From the NCBI RefSeq assembly GCF_009914755.1, contig NC_060939.1: a stretch of DNA of 64,000 bases. One strand, given 5' to 3'. Origin of the DNA: the human T2T-CHM13v2.0 reference genome, Homo sapiens. The notes beneath the pieces are model-generated. The model saw only the letters and a program-made list of their open reading frames with translations. It ran no database searches and was not told where the DNA came from. A program made the translations under genes and the position numbers. Shown here in pieces: positions 12,617 to 27,461 of the stretch (positions within the stretch are counted from its first letter, which is position 1; the number at the start of each line of letters is the position of its first letter).

Positions 12617-15600
12617 AAACTCACTGAGCCTTGGGACAAGAAGAGAGCATAGGGCTCTCCCTGTAGAAACCTTTCCTTTTTATCAGCTAGGGTGAATTTG
12701 ACACTGAGAAATAACATCACTAATCTGAGATCACAGCCTGGCTGGTTAAGGGCAGAGCAGGCTTGCACAGGTCTCCTCTTTTGTAACCCAATGTCCTAAT
12801 CCTCATATTAGTTCCTCTACCCATAAAGGAATTACAGAAATCTTGTTAAAGAGAAGTTGAGTGACTAGTAAAGATAACAATAGCAATTATGACAACGGTG
12901 AAGATGATGATCACGGTTAGCATTTACTGAGTGCTTCCTAAGAGCTAAGAGCTACTCCAAGTGCTTTATAGATGTTAACACATTCCAGCCTCATGGCAAT
13001 CCAGTGGTCACCTGCCAGTGGCACTGTTTGTAGAGCTCTGTGAGCCAGATGCTAGGCTAACTGCTTTGAAACACATTTGCTGGATCCTCACCAGAACCCT
13101 CTAAGGTAGGTACCATTTCTATCCCCATTTATTGATGAAGAAACCGAGGCCTGGAGAGGTTGTATACCCTGCTGATAAACTTGTGATAAAGCAGCTCTGT
13201 GGAAGGCCGAAACCCATGCATGCTCTTGACCATTGTGCTAGACTGCCCTGTCCTCTGAGTTATTTTTTTTACCCTGAGCTAATAATGTTAACGAATATAT
13301 CTGAAGACCAACTCATCCCCAGTGGTTCTTCTAAAGGCCCAGAGTTTTCCTGAGAGCCTGGTCTGGCCTTAGTAGTTTCTCCATCAGTCATTTAGAAAGA
13401 CAGAAGGTGAATGAGGAGGACCAGAGGAGGACTCTGAGCACATCTCCCCAAAATGTCCCTCTAGTCCAGCTAAGTTCAGTGCCATGCTGGAGGACAGAAT
13501 GGCATTAACCCCAACCTGTTACACAAGGTCACCTGCCATAGGTATGAGCATTCCAGACTCTGAGGTGGAGCCTGGGGCTAAAGTGACAGGAGGAAGGAAA
13601 GCTCCTATTCCATTGCAAACCTGATTCTGATGTCAATCAAAAGGGCCTGCCTCGATACTACGTGCTGTATATTTGGGCATCTAGGTGTCCGGAGCAGGGG
13701 AGATAGTAAAGATATTTAACAACTGCTCCCTCTCCAGCACCAACCTGTTAGAATGGACATCTGACCCATCAGAACTGATGCCATCCAGTACACCACGGCC
13801 AGGGGTCCTAGTGCACCTCAGCCAAACACCAGGCCCTGTCTGGGAAAACACTAGACAAGGAGAGGCTAGCTCTGATCATCAGCCATGACGAGATCTGTGA
13901 GCAGGCAGCAACTACTGCCAACAGCCAAGAGTGAGGTGAGGTGAATCGTTTAGTGGACGAGTGCACGTGGATGGGAAAGAAAATGACCTTGAGCAGTTGC
14001 AGTCCAGGCACTCTGTAAGAAGTACACGTTTGCTCAACACGATGCATTTTTTTTTAAAAAAGCCCATTCTTCTCCCTAGTACTGGTGTACTTCACTGAAG
14101 TATAAGCATGATTGGAAGATAAAATAGGAGAGAAAGATCTGGTTTTAACTCACTTGCTCCAAGTCCTTATTGCCAACTGTTCCAAACATCACATTTAAAT
14201 TGTAAATAGATACCATCTTAGAAACCAATTCACCACTCAGAGCCTCTTTCCCCCTGTAAGGCAGGGTTGCTAGGTTTTAAACATGTTTTAGGTTTTACAA
14301 ATTGGAAATGTTGTAGATTGCAAATTATAAATACTTCTTCGAGAGGGGATTCTAGAAAGGCTCCCATTGCTTTTAGCAGGGCATACAAAGCAACACATCA
14401 TCTGGTCTTTTGCCTCTGTCTGTAGCCGGCCTGGGCTCCAGCCATTTTTGTATTGCTTACAGGTTCCCCAAAATGTCCTAGGATTTCATACCTCTGTGCC
14501 TTTGCACATCCCGCTCCTGCTCTGTGGAATGCCCTCCTTGCACACACACCATCCTTCCTGCTGTTGCTCTGCTCCTCCCAGGCCCTTCCTTTCTCTCACT
14601 GCTCTGTCTTCTTCCAGGCTAAGATCTGGTATCTCCTAGACCCCGTCCCCTTCCGAGACATCTGCATTGGTTGCCCCTCCTGTGTGCACCCTAGCACCCC
14701 ATCATGCAGCACCCCATGGACATGCATTTCACAATTATATTTTATTTATCCTTTATCTCCAGCCCCTGGTGATACGTATATGGTTTAGTAAATGAAGCCT
14801 ATTAAATATTTTTTGAAGGAACAAACTCTGACCGAGGATATGCCAAAAATAAGCATTCAGCCTCTCTGCTCCCAAAAGTACATACTATTCTAACAACAAT
14901 TAAACACCCTCTGCTTGATCTGGAAGCCCCCTGCTTTTCCTGTGTATCTAGCGTGGAGGGTGCATCCCAGTGAAGAGCACAGTCTGGCTATGACGTTATT
15001 CACCATTGCGGAATGTTTGGGGCCAATGGAAATAAAAGCTGCTTTCTAATTTGTAAAAGCAGAGGACCCAGTGGTGTTTGCCCCCTGCCAGTTTAGGTAA
15101 AAACCAAAGATCTAGAGCCCAGATGCCAAGCCTCTGCCGGCTGTTGGTTCTCCAGAGAGCCCTTTCCAGCCCTCCACTGCCCACGGTGCTGCTGAGGCTG
15201 CCCCCTCCTGCCTGGAAGGACAGCCGGCCCCGTCTACCTTAATCCCCTTCAGGGCTTCCATAGTGGCGTTGAGAGCAGACCAGGAACGCAGGGCCAGCTG
15301 TTTCCGTGCAAGGGCTGGTCCCCAGGTAGGATGCTGGAAACTGAGTGTTAGAGACGTTGACAGTAAGAAATGTGAGGTCAGGTCGGGATGTGTCATCTCA
15401 AAGATTTTCCTCATGAAGCACCTTCTAGTGGTGTTTTTATTTGAAAACACTGGTCAAACCAGTGAATCCTCATGACGGGTCAAGACTTGGGGCAGCTGTG
15501 TGGATCCTAGATAAGGTCCGGAGCCTCATCTCTCTCAGCTGTCTCAAGCAGAGATGAGTTAGAGACAGTTGGGAGGATACAGTGGAAACGGCCGGGGGAG

Positions 15601-16779
15601 GGACAGGAACATGAAAGCCACCAGCTGGGTGAGTCAGGTGGCTATCTCCTGCCAGGGCGTGGGGACAAGCTCATCTTCCGGAGAGGCACTGTGGGGTGAG
15701 ACACCGTCGCCTGTGGCCGGCCGGCTGACCGCCCCTGGGCTTGCTTACCATCTCTCCAGAGCCAAGGCTGGTCCTTAAGCGTTGAGATTAGTCACTCTCT
15801 TGGGTGGCATCTGGGCTGGTTTTAAATTCTCTTTAGTCTCCTGCAATTTATCACCCAGCTAGGAAGCTGCCCGGTGTCCTAACGGGACCTGTGTGTCCCA
15901 TGTTTTCTCAGCTTTGGCTGTCACTGACTTCGCGACGATGGCAAGGAGGAAACGGCTCCAACTGGGGAGAGCAGCGGCCCCGACACGACATGTGTCTGTA
16001 TTACACGTTGGCAGTCGAGGTTCCTCCTGACACTTTCAAGCACTTGGGATCCCAATTCACTCCCCTGGGAAATCCAGCATCCCGCCTCGCTGTGTGGGTG
16101 TGCCTTTGACTTCCCAAACTGCTCTGCAAGCATGAAGCTCTCAGCTCTGTCCAAGGGTTTCCCAGTGCCTTTTTTTTTTATTATTGAAGGAATGCGGAGG
16201 GACTCAGCTTTGCTTCCTGGACCTTTTTTAAGGTTCAGGGAAACAATTCCTCCTCCTCCTCCTCCAGCTTCTTAGTTGATGGCCAAAGGATGAAAGAACC
16301 CCTAGGTCAGTGGTTCCCAAATAGTGAGCCACAGAGGAGTGGTGATCTGAAAGGAGCCAGAAAAAAAAAAAAAGTGCAATGTAGCCATGATTATTAATAG
16401 TTTCAAGTTGCCAGCTGCCATTGCCTGAAAAGAACTCTTCTATATTCTGAGATAATGTTCCTTTTTCCTTTGGGATACTAAGATGTCCTTTCTTTTATGA
16501 AAGGGAGTGATGGTAGCTATGAAATTCTCCCTTGGCTGAAGAGGGTGGTAACCTCATGAGTCCCCACCCCCAGTGTTTTGGAAATACTATGGGTCCTTGA
16601 AATCTGATTGTCTGGGGTCTGGATCCACAAGGTATTCTGAAAAGCTCATTTCAGGAAGTAGCCTCACTCCTCACATATTTTCTTCCCCATGGAGGCTGAT
16701 GCCAGCAGAGAATAACAACAAAGTCATATTTTGTCTGTGTCTGCTGGGGTCCAAATGATTTTCTAAACACTTTAGCTGT

Positions 16780-16930
16780 ATTCACACCTGTAATCCTCCC
16801 AACAGTCTGAGGAGGTCTATGTTATTATTATCTCCCTTTTACAGATTAGTGAACTGAGGCCCAGAGCAGTTAAATAACACAGCTAGTAAGGTGCAGAGCT
16901 GGGATTCAAACCCAGGCTCCCAGGAACAAG
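16780..16930. mobile_element. MIR (representative copy; similar MIR cores at ~4725, 13050, 17590, 18740, 45740, 46180, 54600, 56200, 57290, 58480, 59730)
   Basis: MIR core TTTTACAGATTAGTGAACTGAGGCCCAGAG...GAGCTGGGATTCAAACCCAGG. Confidence 0.7.
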
Positions 16931-17297
16931 GATAATTCTCCAAAAAACGATGTCTTAAATGACATCCAGTGGGGAAGAGATGCGTGCTTGTATTTTCAAG
17001 GAATAAGCCTTGGAAACACAAAGGTCTGTGGGAGAGAGAACCCTGGGATGTAGCGATGCTGAAGGAGACTTAGGGGATAGCATGTTGGAGCCCAGGCCAT
17101 AATGGGACATGGCAGCCAAAAGATCAGTACAATTTAGGGTTGCCAGTTCCAAAACACCTTAATGCGGAATGACGGCCAGGGGCACACCGCTCCGCCTCTG
17201 CCTCCCCACATTTCCTCTCCTCTCACACCAGCTTCCCCGCACGGAGTCTCATCAGAATGGCTCCGGAGCATGGCATTTGTTTGACCATCTCATTACC

Positions 17298-17322
17298 AGA
17301 GAGAGAGAGAGAGAGAGAGAGA
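17298..17322 (+). repeat. (AG)n microsatellite
   Basis: about 12 AG units read directly. Confidence 0.95.
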
Positions 17323-18989
17323 CACACTGAGAGAGAAGAGAAAAACAACACAAATGATCAAGGCCTGGAGGAATTTTCTTCTAGGGGAAGACAGAAGAGT
17401 TGGTGCTGTCAGCTTCCCCAGGTCAGTGGAGCCTGACAAGGAAGGGAAGGAGGGAGGGAGTGAGTGACGGAGGGAGGGAGCCCTTCGGGGAGGGGCCAGG
17501 CTTAATGCAAGGAGATACCACATCCCAAGGAGCCCCCTTTCCTACGGTAACCACATTCTGCTGAGAGCTCACATGTATCACCTCACTCAACCTTCCCAAG
17601 CACCCTGTTAGTCCATTTGCAGATGAGGAAATGGAGACTCAGAGAGGTCTCGGGACTTGCTAAGGTCACACAGCTAGTAAACATGGAGCTGGGATTCCAC
17701 CCAGGTTTGCCTGACTCCATGGTCCATCTGGTCTTAGCCACTTTTTTATACTGAGGTTACCTGGCTGCTCACCCCCATTCCTCATGCCTCCTGCCCTGGG
17801 CCTCCTACACTTTATCCCGTTTTCTGTACCATGCAGAGAGTTTGCACAAAGATGCTGGAAACTTTTGAGACGATAGAATAGACTCATCATGTCAGATAGC
17901 TTCGCGAACACAATGGCATCTGTCACCATCGGGCACAACACTTCAGCGGAGGCTCTGGAAGAGGCAGACATACCTGGACTCTACCTGGGGAGGTGTGAGC
18001 ACTTGTTATTGAGCTTCCCCAGTTCTAATTTTGAAAATCGGCTGCACGCGGAGGAGTGATACCCAGGGTTAATTCACGCCTTCTTGGTAACTGCCAGAGT
18101 AGCTTAATAATGAAGGCGGGAGGCATAAGATGTCTGGAGAAAGTGAATTAGTAAATTGATAGGGCAGGTGACTTTAGTTTGCTATTTTCCTACAAGCAGT
18201 AAAGGCCGTCCTACTGCATCTCTTGAGGTTCCCACAATTTGGGATTTGACTTTAGGTGGACTCAGGATGATGCCCAAATTGTATGCTAATCAAAACATTT
18301 AGTTCCCAGGAGAAGCAAAGAGAAGGGCAAGAGAGAAACTCCCCGTGGTGTTCTGTCTTGGCCCGGGCAGGGAGCCTCTTAGGCCGGCTGGACACAAAGG
18401 CAGCAACGTGCTGACAGACGGCATCCCAAAGAAAGACCTGTGATGGCCCAGCCTTGGTAGTAAAGCCAGTTAAGGCTCCACAGGCCCTTCCCCAACCTGC
18501 CAGAACTGCCCACCATACCATAGCTCTAACCTCCAGCAGAATGCCAGAATGGCTCACTTAGGTATTCATCATACATCTCTCCCTGCTGCCAACCTGGGGC
18601 CTTACGTTTATCTGTAAGGACTGACAAGTTCTTGCCAGAGCTGGATTCATGGCATATAATTCAGGACATTGGGCCAGACCTTTGGAGCAACTGAGAGCTA
18701 CTCTTGGAAGATTAAGGCTCCAGTCTTCAGTGGAACACTTATTACCTGTGTGAGTTCAGGCAAATGACCTCACCTTTCTGAGTCTCAGTTTCCTAATCTG
18801 TATAATGGGGTTAATGATACCCAACTTACAGTGTTCTGAGGATTAAATAAAACACAAATGGTGGGAATGTAAAATGGTACAGCTACTATGGAAAACAGTA
18901 TGACGGTTCCTCAAAAAATTTAACGTAGAATTACCATATGGTCCAGCAATTCCACTTCTGGGTGTATATTCAAAAGAATTGAAAGCAGG

Positions 18990-19300
18990 GGCCAGGTGTG
19001 GTGGCTCACACCTGTAATCTCAACACTTTGGGAGGCCGAGGTGGGTGGATCACCTGAGGTCAGGAGTTTGAGACCAGCCTGGCCAACGTGGTGAAACCCT
19101 GTCTTTACTAAAAATACAAAAAAAAAAAAAAAAAATTAGCTGGGTGTAGTGCTGCATGCCTGTAGTCCCAGCTACTCGGAGGCTGAGACAGGAGAATAGG
19201 TTGAACCCGGGAGGCGGAGGTTGCAGTGAGCCTAGATCATGCCACTGCACTCCAGCCTGGGTGACAGAGCAAGACTCCATCTCAAAAAAAAAAAAAAAAA
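18990..19300 (+). mobile_element. AluS inside L1
   Basis: Full dimer; TSD AATTGAAAGCAGGG / AATTGGAAACAGGG. Confidence 0.95.
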
Positions 19301-19428
19301 ATTGGAAACAGGGACTCAAACAGATATTTGTACACCCATGTTCATAGTAACCTTATTCACGGTAGCTAAAAGGTGGAAGCAACCCAGGTATCCGTCAATG
19401 AGTGAATGGATAAACAAAATATGGTAGA

Positions 19429-19561
19429 TGCTGGGCGTGGTGGCTCACCCCTGTAATCCCAGCTCTTAGGGAGGCACAGGCAGGAGGATAGCTTGAGCCC
19501 AGGAGTTTGGACATGCCTGGGCAATATAGCAAGACCCTGTTCTTAAAAATTTTTTTAAAAA
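19429..19561 (+). pseudogene. BC200 (BCYRN1)-type Alu-monomer retrocopy
   Basis: Carries BC200-diagnostic positions rather than FLAM-C: CCCAGCTCTTAGGGAGGC, GGATAGCTTGAGCCC, TGCCTGGGCAATATAGC, CCCTGTTCT; short A/T tail; interrupts L1 sequence with partial TSD (GGTAGA/GGTATA). Confidence 0.75.
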
Positions 19562-20649
19562 GGTATATCCATACAATGGAATATTATTCAATCTTAAAAA
19601 GGAAGGAAATTCTGACACAAGCTATAAGATGGGTGAACTTTGAGAACATTATGCTGAGTGGAATAAGCCAGTGGCCAAAGCACAAATACTGTATGGTTCT
19701 ACGTACATGAGGCATCTGGAATGGTCAAATTGATGGAGACAGAAAGTAGAATGGCGGTTGCCAGGGTCTGGGGAAGGAGAAGGGGAATTTGTTTAATGGG
19801 TAAAAAGTTTCAGTTTTGCAAGAGGAAAAGAGTTCAGCAGACGGATGGTAATGATAGCTGCAGAATAATATGAATGTCTTAATGCTACTGAACCGAACAC
19901 TTAAAAATAGCTAAGATGGTAAATTGCATGTTATGTGTATTTTCCCACAATTGAAACACACACGCGCGCAAGCAGCCAGAAGAGTGCCTGGCAGGTGCTC
20001 GGGACACACTGACTTTATTTTAAGAGCACAGTTGTGATTTTCAACAAAGCAACATCAATGTGGGTATTACTTAATTTTAAAAATAATACAGGACCAAAAA
20101 GCAGATACAGGGGAAATGGAGGGAGAAAAGGGGGGAGGTGTGGCTATAGACACAGAATTAGAAAAATACAAATCATCACTTTGTTGTATGTTTGGATACA
20201 CAAGCTGGAGGTGGCCCAAATACCCAACATCTGGGATTTAGGATTGTGGAAAGTGCAAGCATACTTTTGTGTGGCCACTCTGAATTCTTGTTGGCTGCCC
20301 TGCCCATCTAAGTTTAGTGGAGGGGCCCATAAGGTTTTGCCAAAGCCTAAGTTGCAAGGAGGGCCCAGAGTGATGGGGGAGAGAGGCCAAGACAGTCCAG
20401 ACCCCCTCCCTCCCAGACGCAGCTTCCAGAAGTCCCTTTCTTTATCACCTGCCTACGGGTGGCCTCTAAACTGTTTCTGGCTCAAGGGTGAACCTGAAAA
20501 GAAAAGAGTCCGAGATACTGATCCCAAGATTTGGCTCCTGCTGAGCTGGGAAGAGGTAGGGCACAGCTGTCTCTTCCCTTTTAGGCTCTCTATAATACCA
20601 CAGGAAGGAGCAAGTGAGGTGGATTCCAGGAGGCTTGAGATGCCAAAGC

Positions 20650-21000
20650 CAGTTCTCAGACTTGAGAGAGCATCACAATCACCTCGAGGATTTGTTAAAA
20701 ACAGAACGCTGGACACCTCCTGGAGTTTCTGTTTCCACAGGCCTGGGGCAGGGCCTGAGAATTTGCATCTCTAACAGGTTCCAGGTGATGCTGACACTGC
20801 TGGCCCATTTCAGGACCACACTTTGAGAACCAGTGAGCTAGAGCCTTGTCACTCGGTGTGGTCCTCAGACCAGCAACATGGACATCATCTGGATGTTTGG
20901 TAGAAATGTAGTGTCTCAGGCCCTCCTCCAAACCCTAGACCTGCCGAATCTGAATCCGCTCAGTAACAAGCCCCCAGGTGAAGTGTATGCACACTTTGCT
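20650..21000. mobile_element. Two adjacent MER5-family DNA elements
   Basis: GGGCCTGAGAATTTGCATCTCTAACAGGTTCCAGGTGATGCTGA...GACCACACTTTGAGAACCA, followed by a second MER5-like copy. Confidence 0.75.
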
Positions 21001-21163
21001 GGGGGAATGATTGGTTTCCCTGCCTTCTGCAGAGCGCCTGCCCTAAGCAGTGACCTTGGCCCATCACACCAGGGGTAGCCTGTCAGTGTAGCTCCACTGC
21101 CCATCACAGAGTCAGCCTAGAGGGACCTCCAAATGGATATCAGAAAAATGAATAATGATTCTT

Positions 21164-21483
<320 letters not shown>

Positions 21484-23081
21484 AGAAAAATGAATAATGA
21501 TTCTTATTACAGCCACTGGTTGGATTCCTGAGTGTATGCCAGGAGCTTTTTATACATTGTTTCACACATTTATTATAAAACCCCTGCAACACCCATTTTA
21601 CGGACAAGTAAACTGAGACTCAGATAGAGTGACTGCTTAGGAAACAGAAAAAGAACTTAAACTGTGTGGCGATCTAGCTGGCTGTTTTCCAAGGTGCCAG
21701 GGGTTTAGCCTTTAGCCATTAGCATATTTCTCTTCCTTTGTCCTCCCAAATGAGGCCTGAGGCATAAGATGAGGAGAGCAGAGATCTTAACCGAGGGTTG
21801 AAGTGATTTATTACATAAGTCCAAGGAGGATACAGTGTGTCCAGAAACAGGCTTGACCCGGTGCTGGAGCACTTGAAGGAAATTTCTAGAGAAACTGGAC
21901 AGCAAAGCGCTCATCAGCTGTGTCATTAAGCCCTCCAATGAGCTTGGCTGGGATGCGATCTTTCACACAGCACAGGGCCCCACTTCACAGTTGGCGTATG
22001 CAGTCACAGTTCCCTAGAGTTCTGGGGGTTCCTGAGTGGATCTGGTGGCCTGCCCAGCCTGCGGTCCAGTTCCAAACTGCACTCTCAGTTATAAAAAGCA
22101 GGAGAATGGAGAGGGAAGGCCTCTAGGGGTGATGGAAGGCAAGTCTAGGGGAGCCTTTTAAAACCAATCTGCTCTTCCAGATAAAGAAAGTCTCCAAGCA
22201 GGCTGGAAGCCAAGAATTTAATTGTATTTATTTTTGCTATTACCTTCTATTTAGGGCAAGGGATATTGGTATTCTATCTATGGTAGTGGTATAAAGATTC
22301 CTTTTGTGATAAATTCATTTAAGTTTTTAAGTGAGTCAATTTAAAGGAAAGTATTAAGTCAGTAAAGTCTAGTTAGCAAAACGCATGAAGGTAGACCCGG
22401 AAAATGTTTGAAGTTTATGCAATGACATCCCAGCCTTTCTTCTCCCCGATAGTCATTATCTGCCCTGGATGGCAGCAAACTCATGACTACTCCTTGCAAA
22501 ACTTCTCTCCAGAGTGACTGAGTTAATCCTTCAGAAAGTACCTACTTACAGAAACCATTTATAACTGTGTCTGGAAATGGCCCAGCACACAACAAAAGAA
22601 TCCTTGAATAAAACAACCTTATGAATGATTCAAACAGTGTCCAACAACCCTCCTCCAAGAGAGGGTGGTCCCACCGAGAGGGGAGGATGCCTTAGGCCCA
22701 AGAAGACCTTTCACCCCTGCAACACCACTAGATTAGACCCTCATCTCACCATCCTCTGAAGCTCCCTACCTCTCTCTGGCACATCTCCCCACACCATGTT
22801 TGTTGCATGGTTTCTTGCCTGCTTGTTAGCTTGTAGCTCCTTGAAGGCTAGGACCGTTTCAGATGTGTGCCCCGTTGTACTTCCAGCTCCTGCTACAGTG
22901 CCTGGTGGAAAGTAGGTGCTCTTTTGGAGAAAGAAGGGAAGGAAGGAGGGAAGGGATGAAGGGGAGGGAGTAAGTTCCTTGAGGGAGGCTGAGATAGGCC
23001 CCAGTTACTGATATTCTAGGATCACTTACATATTTCTCTCTATGGCCAAAGGAGAAAAAAATGTGGTAGGGGCTATATTAG

Positions 23082-23456
<375 letters not shown>

Positions 23457-26400
23457 TGAGTACCGTCTTATTTAGAGAAGACACCCACTTTCATTTTTGC
23501 CCCTCATTTCATGAGGAAAGACCAGCCCACAGTTTAAGTAAGTATTCCTAACAGGCGAATCCGCAGTTCTATATGGGCTCTGAGGTCTCGTGCACAGAAG
23601 CCAAAGGACTGGAGGGATGTGACCAGATTTGGGAATCAGGCAAGCTGGCTCCAGGCAGGCTGAGATCAAGCTGATAACAAGGAGATTAATGAGGGCCTGC
23701 AACCTCCTCAGTCTTGTATTAGGGAGGAGGGTTTTCAAATCAATGCTGGTCTGGCTGGCTTAATGGTACCTAATCTTACCTTTTGAAGCTCACGCATTTG
23801 GGAGTTGAGATCAATTGAGATAAAATAAAGTAAAATGTGTTGACTTTGGGATTTGTGGTCTTCATCAGAGTCCCATTGTGTAGTGTTGTTTTTATTTTCT
23901 GTCTTGGAAATAGGCAGAGATTAGCTGCCGGAGAGGGTTGTTCTGTCTGGACTAGGTGGTCTATTTACTTTTGTTCTGCTTTTTTTCATTTTCCGCTCGA
24001 TGATTCTTCATGAGGGAAGGGCCCATTTCTTTCCTGTTCATTTCTGTATAGCGAGTGCATGACACCTGGTACATACTCAGTAACTATTTCTCAAATGCAG
24101 CATTGCAGCATCACCAGCACAGACTGTGTGCCACGAGCCACCCTGCTGGAAAAGCCAATCTGCTCCTGATTAGGTGCAAAAACAGCAGCCTTATAAGGCA
24201 CTCACAGTGCCCCTGGAAAAAGGCGTCAGGACGGTTTCCTGGTACCTGGTTTCTGTGATGGTTACCATGAGCTTTGTGCAGTCATTGCAAAGCTGTGTGT
24301 GAGCAAAGTGCATCCGATCCATTTTACAGGTGCTTACAAGCCCTGTGCTGAGTGCTGGCGACTGAAAAGATGAGTACAGCATAGGGAAGGTGCTCATGGA
24401 GTTTGTGATCTGGTGGGGGAGCGAGTTGTGTAATGACGAGGAATGTGTCTGGAGGTGAGAGTTTCGGGGTCTGGGCTTTGGTTGTGGATTTGCCACCACC
24501 AGGCCATTGCCCTAAGGGCAGGCCCTAACATCTTTGGGCCTCAGTTTTCGCATTTATAAAAAGTGGACTCAATGGACCTACAGGTCTTCACTTGCTCTAG
24601 AGCAACAAAACTGGAGAGCTGTCTCAAGGAGTTTTCCTGTGCAGTGGAGTTCAGCCTCACTGGAAATAGCAAATCCATTTGCTGCTACACCCCTAAATTC
24701 CTTGCCCTGAAATTTTAGAGCAGGGCAATAAATAGGTGTTGGTCTATTTTCACCTACCACCTGCTCTACATTAAAAAGAAAAGAAAGCTGCTATATGGCA
24801 AGAGGAAGACAAGCTAATATACTGGGTATCTGCTCTTTGCCAGGCACTGCATTTGACATTTTCACATCTCAATGGAACGTCCTGATAAACTTGCAGGACG
24901 GGGAGCAACAGCATCGTCACTGCTGCACCCTTCAGTCCACTTAGAGGACCATTGCGTCACAGCAGGATTGGTGTTCCCGTCAAATGACATCCTGTATACC
25001 GAGTTTTAGAAAAGCACATGAGTGCACGTAACGGGATGTAGAAAAGCTATTTTCAAGCATAGTTAAATGTGGTGATTTTGGAAGCCTTCTTCACTTAACT
25101 ATGAGGAAAATTCATTATCACCAACAAACATCTTATGAGAGTAGTATATCAGCCTAATTGCCATCCCTGACCTCCCATGGTGAGCTGACGTGTAATAAAA
25201 ACAAAAATAACAATAGCGTGCTCATAGTACTGCTGATTCCTACCGTAGGAGCTCCAAAGAGGGGGTTCCCTACCAAGGACTAGGGATGAGAGAAGGCAGG
25301 ATTTGGGGACTTGAAGGAAGAGCCCAAGGACTTGAGCTGGAAAAAGAATGACATTGGTGACCTAGATGGAGAGAATGGCCAGGACCAAGAAAGTTTCCCA
25401 TGTGCAAGGAGGAGCTGTTCTCACATTTGTGACGCGGCTGCCACAGACTCTGGCAGTGCCTAGAGGTGGAGGAAAGTAGGGGAGGACAGAGGGCTTGGAG
25501 CCAGGCTGTCAAGGGCTGAAGAACTCAGACTTGATTCTTTAAGGGTTTCTTTGGTTTAACATGGGGTCCGGAGACCTCTAAAGAATCTGTGATGGGGTTC
25601 AGATCCACGAACCCCTTGAAATTGTAGGCATTTTTCTGAGCAGATGGTTCAAACATTTCAAAGGATTCCCAAAGGGACCCACAAAAGCTTAAGAGGAGCC
25701 GCTGTGGACAGTTGGGACCCTTGAAGTGCTTTGACCAAAGGTATGTGCAGACGATGCATCAGTTGCTTGGAGGGGGCAGGTGCCGGGAAGACCACCCATG
25801 GGAGTAGCATTGAGGGTCGGGCGGGGGTGTTGAAAAGGAAGAGGGAGTTAGGAAGCCATGGTTATGAAGAAGAAATGACAGCTCTGCAGCACTCTCGGGA
25901 CAGTCAGTAACAGCTGCATGAACAACTGAGCCCACTGTGGGTGCAGGACATCAGAGGGGAAGCTGTGTGTTATGGTCCTATAGTGAGTTTGGTTTTAAAC
26001 ATGATCATTTTAAGAGGCTGAGTTTATCTATGTGGAAATGAAGACAATTTAAAAATTATTAAGCCACCACTTACTGGAGCAACTAGGGGATAAGAGGGCA
26101 GCAGAACCACCCCTCTTTCATTTTATAGGTACAGCCACTGAGGCCCTGAGATAGGAAGTGACTTGTCCACAGTCACCTCAATGGTGGGCAGCTGGGGACC
26201 AATTCGTAAGAGAATAACAGGAGAGAAGTTAGGCTGGAGGTCAGGCTAGATCTGAAGCCCTCTGGGGGAGATGGCAGTTGAAGCTCTTAGTGTAGATAAA
26301 ATCTCTAAAGTAGAAAAGACCCCAGAATTAAGCTTGGGTCTTTGCTCTGATTTAGAGAATTGGAAACAGAAACCAAGGTAGCAAAGGCCATGCAGAAGGG

Positions 26401-27014
26401 CAGTGAGGGAAGTACGAGGCAACCAAGAGGAAGAAGCAAGGCAAGACAGGCAGGTGCTCCCGGTGGGAGGGTCCTTACAGACGAGGGCCTCAGGCCAGGT
26501 TGTCGGCAGATCCCCAGTGGCATTTGAGAGATACCTCCTTCCTTGGAATTGTGGGGTGAAGCGAGATTCCAAAGAGAGGTCTCTGATAAAGGGGCCAGAG
26601 AGGGCATACTGGCCTTGCCGGAGGTGTGAAAAGGAAGGAGAAGTGGGTGAGGGGTGGAGGCAGGCAGGAGAATAATATTTTAAAAATAAAAGAGTGCATC
26701 TGTAAAAATAACTAAAGAAATGAGAGGAGGGAAGGAAGGGGGGAGAGGTTCAATGATAGGGTCACAGTCAGGTGAAAATGAGACCAAATGGCAGAGGTGG
26801 GGAGGGGAAGAGGAGGGATGAAGGTTCAGAGGAGAGATGAAGGGGTGAGCAGGGCCTGGAAACATGGTAAATTTTAAAGGAGGGAAGATTGGGATCCTCT
26901 AACCCATTAGGCTCTTCTTGCCTTTCAAGTTGTGGCCCATGCAGACCTCTCTGCCTGATATTCTTCCCACAGCCCTTTGCAAGGCTGGTTCCCCATCTTC
27001 CTTCAGAGTTCTGA

Positions 27015-27461
<447 letters not shown>

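Larger units (their letters stand above)
18859..19956 (+). mobile_element. Old L1 (L1MB-like) 3' region, interrupted by an AluS and the BC200-like monomer
   Basis: GGTGGGAATGTAAAATGGTACAGC, CCAGCAATTCCACTTCTGGGT, AAGGAAATTCTGACACA, TAAAAATAGCTAAGATGGTAAAT. Confidence 0.85.

Noticed and set aside
20034-20774. 246-aa ORF
   Set aside because: No recognisable domain, non-ATG start, runs into MER5 sequence; consistent with chance
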